Source: Candidatus Hermodarchaeota archaeon (GTDB lineage Archaea > Asgardarchaeota > Hermodarchaeia > Hermodarchaeales > Hermodarchaeaceae). Taken from it: a stretch of DNA of 50,382 bases. The notes under the pieces were generated by a model. It was given only the letters and a program-made list of their open reading frames with translations, searched no databases and had not been told where the DNA came from. Shown piece by piece: positions 1 to 10,127 of the stretch. A program made the position numbers and the translations under genes. The DNA lies in the NCBI GenBank assembly GCA_016839805.1, contig JAEOTO010000005.1, positions 1 through 50,382 of the forward strand. Direction: 5' to 3'. Each line of letters starts with the position of its first letter. The first letter of the stretch is position 1.

Positions 1-19
1 AGTTGGATCAACAACAGAC

Positions 20-1636
20 GTGAAAATTCTTGTCTTAGTTGACTTTTGGAATGGAAACAACGCTCCATTTACAGAAACTAGATGCTATGAAATCACTTAC
101 GACACGGATTTACAGTCAATTAACTCCTGGGAACTAGTAACCCAACTGCCCAATGAAGCGAATATGGGTTCGGGTGATATACTGCGAGATTTCATCATCT
201 TTGGTCAATCCTATGCTCCTGCATGGCGCTTTTTGCTTGTAATTTGGAACCATGGAGATGGATGTTATGGATTGTGCATTGATGAGACCAATCACGACTT
301 CTTGACATTGCGTGAGCTTAACCAAGCGTTGATTGACCCTCTTGTATATTACATCGATATCGTTGCCTTTGACGCCTGTCTCATGGGTCAACTGGAGACA
401 GGTTATGAGCTTCGGAACGCCACGGACATCATCGTCTTCTCTGAAGAAGGCATACCCCTCACTGGTTTTCCCTATGAAGATATTCTTCTCAACTTAACCC
501 TGTATTCCAGTGCAACTCCCCGTCAATTGGCTGAGAGTATGGTAAATTATTACGTTTCAGCTTATAGTGTCGGAGGACGATATTATGACCCTCTACTAGA
601 CTTTGCCTGTCTATCTGCAGTAGACACCTCCCAGCTTCAGAACGTTGCAATGCATTTACACGCACTCATCAATGAATTGATTAACCCAATTCAGACAATC
701 CCTGCAATCTATGAGCTAGTATGCTTGGCACGGAGGTATACCCAAGGTTTTACGTCAGCGGAGTTCATGGACTTAGGGGGATTTGCCTTACAACTAGCTG
801 CTGCATTTAGTAATGAAACTGGCTTACCATTCACAGAAATTCATCATTTAGCCACAAATCTCAGCCTTGCAATCGAATCTGCGATCATCGCTGAATCACA
901 TTTAACTGGAGTCTCTGGCGCAACTGGACTTGGTTTAACATTTGGCTCCTATGGTTCAACTCAACTAGCGCTTGCTGACGATACTGGCTGGGATGAGTTC
1001 ATGACTTATTTCTTGAGTGCAGGCAGGTCATTTTATGACGCAATTTTCATCGATGCTTCCCCCGAACATTATGGCTATCTCGATGGTTATCAGGACTCTG
1101 TGTGGTTTGCAATTATTCCGAATGTAAGCGGATATTTCACCTTCGATATGACCGCAGTATGGGATGAGTATGTGACCGACTTTGATTTGTACCTTTACGA
1201 CTCCAATGGCAATGAATTGGGTGCCTCTTATAGTCCTGAATCCAGTGAAACCATTTCACATTATCTGACGACGGGCCTCTCCTACTATCTCGAAATATAC
1301 TCATACGGAAACGACTATCTCGGTGCTGGCGTCTTCCAGCTTTCTATTTATTCTCAGCCATCCCCAACGAATCCCTTCGATCCCGGAGCAACTACCCTTC
1401 TTGCGCTAATCATCATCGGCAGCGTTGGCGGAATCATCACCATAGTATTTCTCATTGCATACTTAGCGCGACGAAGTATAACACCTGCTCCTTCACCATC
1501 ACCCTATACACGCCCTCAAGCAAGACCCCCACACATTGATACAGATGTGGTTCGATACTGCGGATATTGTGGATCCGTATTACCTGCACGAGCACAATAT
1601 TGTCCCATTTGTGGCGCCTCCTCCCAGAGCGACTAA
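20..1636 (+). CDS. Clostripain-family (C11) cysteine peptidase with PPC-like domain, C-terminal TM helix and zinc ribbon; probably 5'-truncated by the window
   Basis: WNHGDG (catalytic His) and FDACLMGQLE (catalytic Cys); TDFDLYLYDSNG PPC-like segment; hydrophobic helix followed by CGYC..CPIC. The frame is open to the window edge. Confidence 0.8.
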   Translation: MKILVLVDFWNGNNAPFTETRCYEITYDTDLQSINSWELVTQLPNEANMGSGDILRDFIIFGQSYAPAWRFLLVIWNHGDGCYGLCIDETNHDFLTLRELNQALIDPLVYYIDIVAFDACLMGQLETGYELRNATDIIVFSEEGIPLTGFPYEDILLNLTLYSSATPRQLAESMVNYYVSAYSVGGRYYDPLLDFACLSAVDTSQLQNVAMHLHALINELINPIQTIPAIYELVCLARRYTQGFTSAEFMDLGGFALQLAAAFSNETGLPFTEIHHLATNLSLAIESAIIAESHLTGVSGATGLGLTFGSYGSTQLALADDTGWDEFMTYFLSAGRSFYDAIFIDASPEHYGYLDGYQDSVWFAIIPNVSGYFTFDMTAVWDEYVTDFDLYLYDSNGNELGASYSPESSETISHYLTTGLSYYLEIYSYGNDYLGAGVFQLSIYSQPSPTNPFDPGATTLLALIIIGSVGGIITIVFLIAYLARRSITPAPSPSPYTRPQARPPHIDTDVVRYCGYCGSVLPARAQYCPICGASSQSD

Positions 1637-1692
1637 TCCTGTCATCATGAACCAGACCGGTACAAAAAATCCCCTAAAACCTCCCTGTGGGG

Positions 1693-1729
1693 GCAATTCT
1701 TTTGCACCTCAGCTTCCAGCCTTATATAG
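1693..1729 (+). promoter_or_regulatory. polB2 promoter: TATA box (TTATATA, 1722-1728) plus an upstream motif shared with the promoter of its partner gene
   Basis: GCAATTCTTTTGC-ACCTCA-GCTT-CCAG-CC-TTATATAG, about 30 nt before the ATG; the same spacing occurs at 12064-12097 on the minus strand. Confidence 0.55.
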
Positions 1730-1757
1730 GCTAGCGGGAGACCTGCACTGACTGACA

Positions 1758-3965
1758 ATGCGTGGCTGGATCCTAGACGTAGCGCCCCAGTCTGATCACC
1801 TGGTTCTGTGGTTGCGGACAGCTAAGGCGTGTGTGCCCCTTGAAGTGCCGTATCAACCACGGTTCTACTTACATGCACCGGGCGTTCGATTCGAAGACTA
1901 TGCGCCGCTGTTCGAGAATCATCCCCACGTGAGCGCTGTGACGCCTGAGTTTTATCGATTACAGCTGCGAGGTAAGCCACGCCCGGTCATCGCCGTGACA
2001 GTCTCCTCCTGCACCCAACTCGCTCGTGTCGTCCGCGAAATCAAAGCCCTCGCCGTCCCTCGTTTTCGCGTCTTCAACGGCGATCTTTCAGCCACGCAGC
2101 TGTGGTATCTCGAGCAGCAGCGCTACCCCTTCGAACAGGTAGAGGTCCACACCGATGCGTCAGGAACCCACGTGACCCATATCGACTCCTGCGACTCCCA
2201 ATGGGCTCACGACTATGCTCTTCCACCCTTTGACACGGTGGACCTCCGCCTGGAGGGACAAGACCTCTTCTGTGCATCCAGTTCCAACGGAGCCACGTTG
2301 CAGACCACGGAGCCCATGATGCTCCAGGATTGGATTACGGCTCAGGACCCCGACATCATCTTCACCGAAGAGGGTGACTCACGGATTTTTCCCACTCTCA
2401 TCCAACGCGTCCAACAGGCAGGGATGCTGCGCCAGTTCTCGTTAAGCCGAGATCACACCCCTCACGTTTTCAGTGACAAAACCCTGCCCCCGGGACGCGC
2501 TGTCTTCCGGTACGGCGGCCCCGTCTTTTACCGACCACATCCATTCATTCTACGAGGCCGCCTACATTTGAGCCGATCACACATGACCTTTGGCAGCTTC
2601 GATGGTTTGGTGGAGGCGTGTCGACTCACAGCCTTTCCACCTCAACGGATGGCGCGAAGCAGTCCCGGCACAGGCATCAACATGCTGCAGATGCAAGAAG
2701 CCTTGAAACGGGGTGTGCTGATTCCAGAGACCAAAGCGGATCCCGAACGCTACAAGACGGGCATCGAACTCCTCAACGCTGACCGAGGAGGACACGTCAT
2801 CACACCACGAGTTGGTGTATTCAGCGAAGTGGGAGAACTTGACTTTCTCTCCATGTACCCCTCATTGATGGTGAAATACAACATCTCACCGGAGGCTTTG
2901 TTCTGTGATTGTTGTCCCGAGGATGCCACCATCGTGCCCAAACTCGGCTACCGGTTATGCCGACGTCACACGGGGATTGTACCAACCTTCCTCAAGCCAA
3001 TCCTCAAAAAGCGCACGTTCTACAAACGACACCGACACGACAACCCAGTGTACGAGGCTCGACAATCCGCACTGAAATTTCTGTTAGTTGTCTCATTTGG
3101 CTATTTAGGCTTCCGTGCCTCACGCTTTGGTCGTGTCGAAGCTTACGAGTGCGTCACTGCCTTTAGTCGTCGAGTGCTGCTTGAGACGAAGGCAGTGTGT
3201 GAGCGTAAGGGCTTTCAGGTGCTTCATGGTATTGTGGACTGTGTCTGGCTCCAGAAGCCAGGTGCCACCGTTGAAGACTACATGGCAGTCAGTGACGCCA
3301 TCTCTAAAGCGACCGGGCTCCCCATAGAGTTTGAAGGCCGATATCGCTGGATCATGTTTCTTCCCTGTCGTGGTCAACCCTACGGTGCCCTTACCCGCTA
3401 TTGTGGTGTGAAAGAAGATGGGACCATCAAAGTGCGTGGTATAGAGCTTCGCCGCCGTGATACTCCCCCATTCATCAAACAACTCCAGCTCGACCTCCTC
3501 ACCTGTCTAGCGGGAGCTGAAGATATCGACGAAATGCATCAGATGATCCCCCAACTTCTCGATATCGTGAAAGAATACGTAGAGCAACTGCAAAACGGTG
3601 ATGTGGCCACAGAGAATCTAGTTATCACACAAAACATTAGTCGATCCGCAGACGAATATCAACAGCAATGCAGTCAGGCTATCGCCGCTGAACTTGCCAT
3701 TCGCTACGGACAAGACCTTCAGCCAGGACAACCGGTGACCTATGTGCACATCGACGCCAAGGCACGCCATCCCTTGCGCCGCGTCGCGCTCCCACACACC
3801 GCCGCCGCAGCCCACTATGACAAAACCAAATACACAGAACTGCTCCTCCGCGCCACCGACACTCTGCTCACACTGCTAGGGTGGCACTATGATCGACTAG
3901 CTCAACACTTTAGTGAAAAACCACTCCAAACTGTGTTGGATCCCCATTTTCAGCGCGCGAAGTAG
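1758..3965 (+). CDS. polB2: Archaeal family-B DNA polymerase, PolB2 (Dpo2) group
   Basis: Motif A LDFLSMYPS; motif B RQSALKFLLVVSFGYLG; motif C as HGIVDC instead of YGDTDS, diagnostic of PolB2; eroded exonuclease domain; KVRGIELRRRD. Confidence 0.88.
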   Translation: MRGWILDVAPQSDHLVLWLRTAKACVPLEVPYQPRFYLHAPGVRFEDYAPLFENHPHVSAVTPEFYRLQLRGKPRPVIAVTVSSCTQLARVVREIKALAVPRFRVFNGDLSATQLWYLEQQRYPFEQVEVHTDASGTHVTHIDSCDSQWAHDYALPPFDTVDLRLEGQDLFCASSSNGATLQTTEPMMLQDWITAQDPDIIFTEEGDSRIFPTLIQRVQQAGMLRQFSLSRDHTPHVFSDKTLPPGRAVFRYGGPVFYRPHPFILRGRLHLSRSHMTFGSFDGLVEACRLTAFPPQRMARSSPGTGINMLQMQEALKRGVLIPETKADPERYKTGIELLNADRGGHVITPRVGVFSEVGELDFLSMYPSLMVKYNISPEALFCDCCPEDATIVPKLGYRLCRRHTGIVPTFLKPILKKRTFYKRHRHDNPVYEARQSALKFLLVVSFGYLGFRASRFGRVEAYECVTAFSRRVLLETKAVCERKGFQVLHGIVDCVWLQKPGATVEDYMAVSDAISKATGLPIEFEGRYRWIMFLPCRGQPYGALTRYCGVKEDGTIKVRGIELRRRDTPPFIKQLQLDLLTCLAGAEDIDEMHQMIPQLLDIVKEYVEQLQNGDVATENLVITQNISRSADEYQQQCSQAIAAELAIRYGQDLQPGQPVTYVHIDAKARHPLRRVALPHTAAAAHYDKTKYTELLLRATDTLLTLLGWHYDRLAQHFSEKPLQTVLDPHFQRAK

Positions 3966-4210
3966 CCAAAACGGTTATCTCATTAAGAGAATGCCTTACA
4001 GACGATGGAATAATCAATATTTGGTGATTGAACATATCGAAGAGTATTGTCAATTATATTGGTCTGATTCTTGTAATAATTGGCGCTGGATTTTCCTCTT
4101 AATCTTTGGCAGTCTCCTCTTAATCTTCAACGCTCATGTGGGTGCCATTTTGGTGATAATTGAATCAGTCCTCATGATTTCCAAGTAGCTGAGAAGAAGA
4201 TCCTTCGCCT

Positions 4211-5395
4211 TCACCTTTCTTCTAAGAATTTAGTTATTCGTGAGGCTGCTTCGCGGATCCGATTCGGTGGGGCAGATCCAACACTGATGCGTATGTTATC
4301 AGGATAAGATATGCCAAACTGGTCACCAGGAACCACAATGACCCCTGATTCTTCAAGTAGGGTAATCGCGAATTCTGGTCCACTCATACCCGTTTCTTTC
4401 ACGTTTGGAAATAGGTAGAACCCAGCAACTGGTTCATAGGTAAGCTTGAATCCCTTAATGGGTTTGAAGCATTCCAAAGCCACTTTCAGTCGATCACTTA
4501 AGACATTACGGTGGGATCCGATAATTCCTTTGACAGCCTTCGGATTTGAAAGCGTCTTCATAGCTCCAACTTGAATAGGAGTTGGGGCACACGCAGTATT
4601 ATATTGATGGACTTGATAGATCGGCTGCATTAAATGAACTGGTGCTATGATGTATCCAAGACGGAGCCCTGTCATTGCAAATGCTTTCGAGAAACTATTT
4701 GCGATAATCACGTTTTCATAATCGAATTCTGCAGCGCATGTATGTTTGTGTCCGTCATAACGCAAGAACTCATAACATTCATCCGAAATCACAATCGCAT
4801 CATGGTCACGGGCTAGCTCTACGATATCTTTCACATTTTTTCGTGATGCAACGGATCCGGTAGGATTGCAGGGAGAGTTTATGATAACCATTTGAGGTGG
4901 CTTTGTATCAAACGCTTCCTGATACTTGACAACATCTAAATCAAAATCAGGTGACATAGGAATAAGATCGACCTCAGCACCAGCTATTTTTGCTTGATTT
5001 GCAAAGTATCCAAAGGCAGGATCTTGGACTAATACTCGGTCACCAGGGTTAATATGGCCCAGCATGATATCCATGAGCCCTTCTAAGGCACCACATGTCA
5101 CCAGGACCTCTTCGGGAGTATACTTGAGTTTATACATCGATTCATAACGATCAACAATCGCTTGACGTAACTCAAGGATACCTGCATTAGACGAATAATG
5201 AGTCTGTCCCGTAGCGAAAGCATCGGCAATCGCATCTCCAAGGAACGGGGGTAGGGGTAGATCAAGATCACCAATTCCTAGTGAAATGACATCAATTCCC
5301 TTTGCTTCAAGTTTTGCTCCAATCTCGAAGAACTCACGCAAACCACTGGGTGAAACACCCTGTAACCGAGAGGCAGTTTTAATTGATTTAGGCAT
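4211..5395 (-). CDS. PLP-dependent aminotransferase class I/II (aspartate aminotransferase-like)
   Basis: INSPCNPTG, ISDECY and SFSKAFAMTGLRLGY motifs. Start taken at MPKSIK; the ORF extends to 5422. Confidence 0.9.
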   Translation of the reverse strand: MPKSIKTASRLQGVSPSGLREFFEIGAKLEAKGIDVISLGIGDLDLPLPPFLGDAIADAFATGQTHYSSNAGILELRQAIVDRYESMYKLKYTPEEVLVTCGALEGLMDIMLGHINPGDRVLVQDPAFGYFANQAKIAGAEVDLIPMSPDFDLDVVKYQEAFDTKPPQMVIINSPCNPTGSVASRKNVKDIVELARDHDAIVISDECYEFLRYDGHKHTCAAEFDYENVIIANSFSKAFAMTGLRLGYIIAPVHLMQPIYQVHQYNTACAPTPIQVGAMKTLSNPKAVKGIIGSHRNVLSDRLKVALECFKPIKGFKLTYEPVAGFYLFPNVKETGMSGPEFAITLLEESGVIVVPGDQFGISYPDNIRISVGSAPPNRIREAASRITKFLEER

Positions 5396-5576
5396 AATTG
5401 ATCGCTTCCTCCCAGGAGCCATCCTATCACACTTAGGAATTACCCCTTGAAAAAGTTCTGTAACAATGAATTCCTTCCGTATATAACATGGGATTTCTCG
5501 ATTTTTTCAAGAATTAGACCTGTTATTAAGTATATAACAAGGTTAGGAACATATTGGTACCTCTAAAAAAGGTAAG

Positions 5577-6842
5577 ATGGTTTCAATAATGAATGGTTTC
5601 GTATTTGATAACCTATCCTTCAAGAAATTTCTCTTCCAAATACTTCTACCCTTCTTCGTTACACTTTTCTTTCTTCAAGGGTTCAGAACCTTTGTTGTAG
5701 ACATTTACATTGCCCTCTTCAACATCTTATGGGAAGGCACGGGAGAATACCTGCCACTTCTTGGGCTCCTCGTATTTGCCACCCCACTACTGGCAATACT
5801 GCTTCACAAGAAAATTTCAATTCGCTACATGATTGCAGGAAGTGCAATTCTCACCGCGTTCTTTTCCTTACCCATTAGCCTTCAATTACCCTATGAAGTA
5901 GAGCTATTAATGGCATCAATGGTTGTTGCCTTCTACTCTATTTTCCTTCCCTTCTACTTATACTGGCGAACCCAAGACCAACCACATATTAACTACTCAG
6001 CCGATGCCGCTCTTCTATCCGTAAGCATTATCCTCGCATTCAGTTACGATCTCCTCTTTCGAACACTTGGAACAACCTACGACATATCTCGAATACTCTT
6101 CTCCTTTCCAATCCAATTCATCTTCGCTATCATCATAATATGGTCTAACTATGCTCTCATTACTTCGAACCTACGACAATCTCCACTGCCTTCAGAAAAC
6201 GTTTCAAAACTCCCCAATAAGGATAACGAAGTAAAACCAATAACTTCGCGGATAGCCGGATTATTCACGATTGCTGGAGTTGGCGCATTTTTCTTTCTCG
6301 AACATAGCCTTCTCTTGAGCCCCCATAACCTTCTCCGATGGGCGTATCCAACCTACTTTCTCCTCGACATTACAATAGCCCTAATTCTCACTTTCATTGT
6401 CTTAATAATCGCCGCGATTTTACTCGTTCATAATACACTAAGAAACTATTTACAGCGAGAAAAATGGTACACGATGGCCATCGGTAACTTAATCCTGACT
6501 GTTCTCCTCGCGTCACTATTCTTCTCTGGAGGATGGCTAGCCATCATTAGTATCATAGGCTTTCAACTGGTAATGATCATTAACCTATACTTTACCCTCC
6601 AATTTACACTACACCCAACCCTCCGATGGTCAACCACAATACTTTGCACAGCGACATTTGTTGCCCTCCTCATTTTCCTACTCTGGGACTTTATGTTTGC
6701 CTTCACCTTCACCTACGCCTACCTCGGAGATATTGGCACCATCTTTGCCGGTCAAGCCATAACCATCATCTTAAGTGGGGCAATAATCCTCAGCCTCACT
6801 TCCACCTATGCGGTATACAAACTAAGGAGGTTGACACAATGA
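5577..6842 (+). CDS. Polytopic membrane protein, translationally coupled to the downstream EEP hydrolase
   Basis: About 11-12 hydrophobic segments; the stop overlaps the next start (ATGA, 6839-6842). Confidence 0.75.
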   Translation: MVSIMNGFVFDNLSFKKFLFQILLPFFVTLFFLQGFRTFVVDIYIALFNILWEGTGEYLPLLGLLVFATPLLAILLHKKISIRYMIAGSAILTAFFSLPISLQLPYEVELLMASMVVAFYSIFLPFYLYWRTQDQPHINYSADAALLSVSIILAFSYDLLFRTLGTTYDISRILFSFPIQFIFAIIIIWSNYALITSNLRQSPLPSENVSKLPNKDNEVKPITSRIAGLFTIAGVGAFFFLEHSLLLSPHNLLRWAYPTYFLLDITIALILTFIVLIIAAILLVHNTLRNYLQREKWYTMAIGNLILTVLLASLFFSGGWLAIISIIGFQLVMIINLYFTLQFTLHPTLRWSTTILCTATFVALLIFLLWDFMFAFTFTYAYLGDIGTIFAGQAITIILSGAIILSLTSTYAVYKLRRLTQ

Positions 6843-7768
6843 GTTCATTCTTCAATCGCCATTCGAAAGTTCTATTGACATTAACTCTACTCCTTGTCCC
6901 CCTCATTCTTGCCGGTACATGGAGTTCCCTTGTATATCAGGTAAGCCCCCAACCTTCCGGTCAATTAACCGTGATGACCTATAACATCCATGAAGCCATT
7001 AATGTCCACAAGCAATTAAACCTAGATGGAATCCTGGTCACAATTCAACAATCCAACCCAGACATCCTGGTCCTACAAGAAGTCGATACAGGCGTCATCA
7101 TGTCAGGAACAACCGACCAAGCACGATGGCTAGCCCAAAAACTCAACATGTACCTCGCGCCCATCACCTCCACTGACCACATCTGGCAAAGCGACGTGAT
7201 ATTAAGCAAATATCCCATTCACTCTTATGAATCAGTAATACTACACAGTCCCAGCGAAGATGATACCATCCTTCGCGCAGACATCGAAATATCCGGACTA
7301 CAAATCTCCGTCTACGCTGTTCACTTTTCCGCCTTTAGCTCAACCGACCGACGCATCCAAGCCGACACAGGTATCCCCTGGGTTACTTCCATGGGTAATA
7401 GCATCAAAATATGGGCAGGCGATTTCAACGTTGATGCCTACACTACAAACGCCGTTGACCAGAGCATATATGCTGACATAACAACCCACTTCAACGACAC
7501 ATTTGACACCGCCCTCGCCCGAACCGGAAATCTTACCTGGCCATCAACCGGTCCTTATGAACGCATAGACTATGTATTCGTCACACCAACAATCACGGTG
7601 CTCTCTCATGCGGTACCAACATCATTAGCCTCAGATCACCTCCCCGTAGTAACCCAACTACAACTTCCTAGTCCTCCATTGAACCAACCATTACAATACT
7701 CAACGATAATTAAAATAATACAAGTACAAGATGATAACTACTTTCACAGAGTCCAAAGACCAAGATAA
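6839..7768 (+). CDS. Membrane-anchored endonuclease/exonuclease/phosphatase (EEP) family protein
   Basis: MTYNIH, LQEVD, AGDFN, RIDYVF and SDHLPV motifs; AGGAGG upstream of ATG 6839; N-terminal TM helix. Confidence 0.88.
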   Translation: MSSFFNRHSKVLLTLTLLLVPLILAGTWSSLVYQVSPQPSGQLTVMTYNIHEAINVHKQLNLDGILVTIQQSNPDILVLQEVDTGVIMSGTTDQARWLAQKLNMYLAPITSTDHIWQSDVILSKYPIHSYESVILHSPSEDDTILRADIEISGLQISVYAVHFSAFSSTDRRIQADTGIPWVTSMGNSIKIWAGDFNVDAYTTNAVDQSIYADITTHFNDTFDTALARTGNLTWPSTGPYERIDYVFVTPTITVLSHAVPTSLASDHLPVVTQLQLPSPPLNQPLQYSTIIKIIQVQDDNYFHRVQRPR

Positions 7769-8022
7769 TCCAAGGCTTTAACAAATGCATAGAACTACAA
7801 TCATCCATTTTCTAATTCACATCCTACTTACCCACTTTGAGAAGTGATTAAGATAGCAAATGAATGAACTCTAATTCATTGTAATGATGAAAAAAGAGAG
7901 TTTGAGCGCTAACATTAAGGATTGCTAGCCCTCATGATTTTGTTGATAAAAATAGAATAAATATCCGAGTTAACTAGCAAGTCATGAACCTATTTTAAGG
8001 AAAAAATTACAATTCAACGATT

Positions 8023-9429
8023 ATGAAGAAGTATGATGTCATTGTGATTGGTTCTGGTTCAGGTGGAATTATTCTTGACTCGGCTTATCGAGCGGGATTA
8101 AAAGTTGCTTACGTGGACAGGGGACCATTGGGTGGCACGTGTCTCAATGTTGGTTGTATCCCTTCTAAGATGTTAATCTATCCTGCGGATCGTATCGTTG
8201 AAATTCAGGAAGCCCATCGCCTGGGAATTCAGGCGGAGATAAAGGATATTGATTTCAAGGCGATTATGGCTCGCATGCGACAGCCCATCGATGAGAGTCT
8301 CAGTCATATGCGTGCGGGGTTACAACATGCCCGGGACCTTGATTTTTACGAAGCCGAAGGATATTTTGTGAATGATTATACAATGGAAGTTGCAGGCGAA
8401 GAAATTCGAGGTGACAAAATCTTTATTGTGGCTGGTGCCCGACCCGCCATTCCAACAATCAAGGGACTCGAGGAAGTTGATTATCTTACTAATGAAACAT
8501 TGCTTGAAATAACCGAGTTACCGAAAAGTGTAGTCATCATCGGTGGAGGCTATATTGCAGCTGAATATGGTCATTTCCTTGCAGCCATGGGTTCTAAAAT
8601 CACGATGTTACAGCGTGGATCAAGGTTAGTTCCCAACAATGAACCCGAAATTTCTGAAACACTCCATAAGGCATTATCGAAACGCATGGACATCCACCTA
8701 AATACTTCAGCGATTGAAGTGAAACACACGTCCACAGGTGACGTTGTCATTGGAGAAAACAGACTAACAGGGAAAACACAGGAATTCCTCGGTGAACGGA
8801 TTCTCGTAGCTACTGGTCGGCGATCGAACGCTGATGTTCTACGGGTGGAAAAAACTGGTGTCAAAACAGATAAGCGTGGTTTTATTATCGTGAATGACTA
8901 CCTTGAAACGAGTAAGAAAAAAATTTGGGCACTAGGAGATGTCACTGGGCGATACATGTTCAAACATGTCGCGAACCGTGAGGCCCAAATTGCGTGGAAT
9001 AATGCAGTTCAGGACCACAAACAACAAATGGAGTATCACGCCGTTCCCTATGCTATTTTCTCGTATCCTCAAATTGCCGGGGTGGGACTCACGCAAGCTG
9101 AAGCTGAAAAATCCCATGACCTGCTCCTCGGTACTGCCCGTTATTCTGATGTCGCCAAAGGCGAAGCCATGGTGGAAGAAGATGGATTTGCCAAAGCCAT
9201 CGTTGAAAAAAAGACCCATAAGATTCTTGGATTTCACATCATTGGCCCCTATGCGCCTATGCTCATCCAAGAAGTCGTGGACATCATGGCCGTTGGAGGA
9301 AACATGTGGACCCTCGCTCAAGGAATGCATATCCATCCTGCCTTAACAGAGTTGATTGTGACCACACTCGGTAACCTCTATGATCCATCACACGTCCATC
9401 ATTCCCATAACCACGAGCAGGAACACTAA
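8023..9429 (+). CDS. Pyridine nucleotide-disulfide oxidoreductase (dihydrolipoamide dehydrogenase/mycothione reductase-like) with His-rich tail
   Basis: GSGSGG, GGTCLNVGCIPSK, GGGYIAAE, HPALTE; C-terminal HVHHSHNHEQEH. Confidence 0.88.
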   Translation: MKKYDVIVIGSGSGGIILDSAYRAGLKVAYVDRGPLGGTCLNVGCIPSKMLIYPADRIVEIQEAHRLGIQAEIKDIDFKAIMARMRQPIDESLSHMRAGLQHARDLDFYEAEGYFVNDYTMEVAGEEIRGDKIFIVAGARPAIPTIKGLEEVDYLTNETLLEITELPKSVVIIGGGYIAAEYGHFLAAMGSKITMLQRGSRLVPNNEPEISETLHKALSKRMDIHLNTSAIEVKHTSTGDVVIGENRLTGKTQEFLGERILVATGRRSNADVLRVEKTGVKTDKRGFIIVNDYLETSKKKIWALGDVTGRYMFKHVANREAQIAWNNAVQDHKQQMEYHAVPYAIFSYPQIAGVGLTQAEAEKSHDLLLGTARYSDVAKGEAMVEEDGFAKAIVEKKTHKILGFHIIGPYAPMLIQEVVDIMAVGGNMWTLAQGMHIHPALTELIVTTLGNLYDPSHVHHSHNHEQEH

Positions 9430-9447
9430 GTATCATGGTGAGAAATT

Positions 9448-9780
9448 ATGAGTTCAAAAATTGTTGTCATTATTACTTCAAGCGATAAGGAGGTCATTCA
9501 GACAGCCGTGATGTATGCACGAAACACTTTGAAATTCAACTGGCTTGATGATGTGAAAACCATTCTTTTTGGTCCCGCTGAACAAGTAATCGCCAATGAT
9601 CCTGAACTAGCCCATGAAATGAAGGAAATCTGCTCAACCGGCGAGGCAATCGCCTGTAAATTCATCTCAGACAATGAAGGCACATCAGCAACTCTTGCTA
9701 AACTCGGTGTAGAAATTGAATATGTCGGCACTATCATAGCAGATTTGATTAAAGATGGCTATGTACCAATGGTTTGGTAA
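9448..9780 (+). CDS. DsrE-family protein
   Basis: 110 aa; ILFGPAEQ, single Cys in AIACKF, GYVPMVW terminus typical of DsrE-like proteins. Confidence 0.7.
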   Translation: MSSKIVVIITSSDKEVIQTAVMYARNTLKFNWLDDVKTILFGPAEQVIANDPELAHEMKEICSTGEAIACKFISDNEGTSATLAKLGVEIEYVGTIIADLIKDGYVPMVW

Positions 9781-9794
9781 TCCGAATACCAATC

Positions 9795-10025
9795 CTAGAT
9801 GGCAATACAGGTTTCTGTTCGATTGACACCATCTACGCTGTGAACACCTTCCATTAATTGTCGGAGATCTTCCGTTGAAGGTAACACTGCATAGGCGATA
9901 ACGTCATAGGGGCCAGTTACTACATTCGATCTGTCGACGCCTGAAATTTTCCCGATAGCTTGGGCCACATCCCACACTTTCCCAGCTTCTACACGAATCA
10001 GAATATAAACAACGACAGGCACCAT
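9795..10025 (-). CDS. Stand-alone Lrp/AsnC ligand-binding (RAM) domain protein
   Basis: VTGPYDVIA and GVNRTETCI motifs, no HTH; GGAGG upstream. Confidence 0.85.
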   Translation of the reverse strand: MVPVVVYILIRVEAGKVWDVAQAIGKISGVDRSNVVTGPYDVIAYAVLPSTEDLRQLMEGVHSVDGVNRTETCIAI

Positions 10026-10127
10026 GATTCCTCCAATGTGTCAAATATATTCACAGGTAAGGTTTAATTATTTGCCATCCAACCTCAAATATGGATTAAG
10101 TGTACAACAAGGGTTCAGAATTAAAGG

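Noticed and set aside
3913-4188. 91-aa ORF after polB2
   Set aside because: It overlaps the polB2 end and has no recognisable motif or ribosome-binding site; not supportable.
8023-9429. Mercuric reductase assignment
   Set aside because: It lacks the C-terminal Cys-Cys pair and has the HPxxxE dyad of disulfide reductases.
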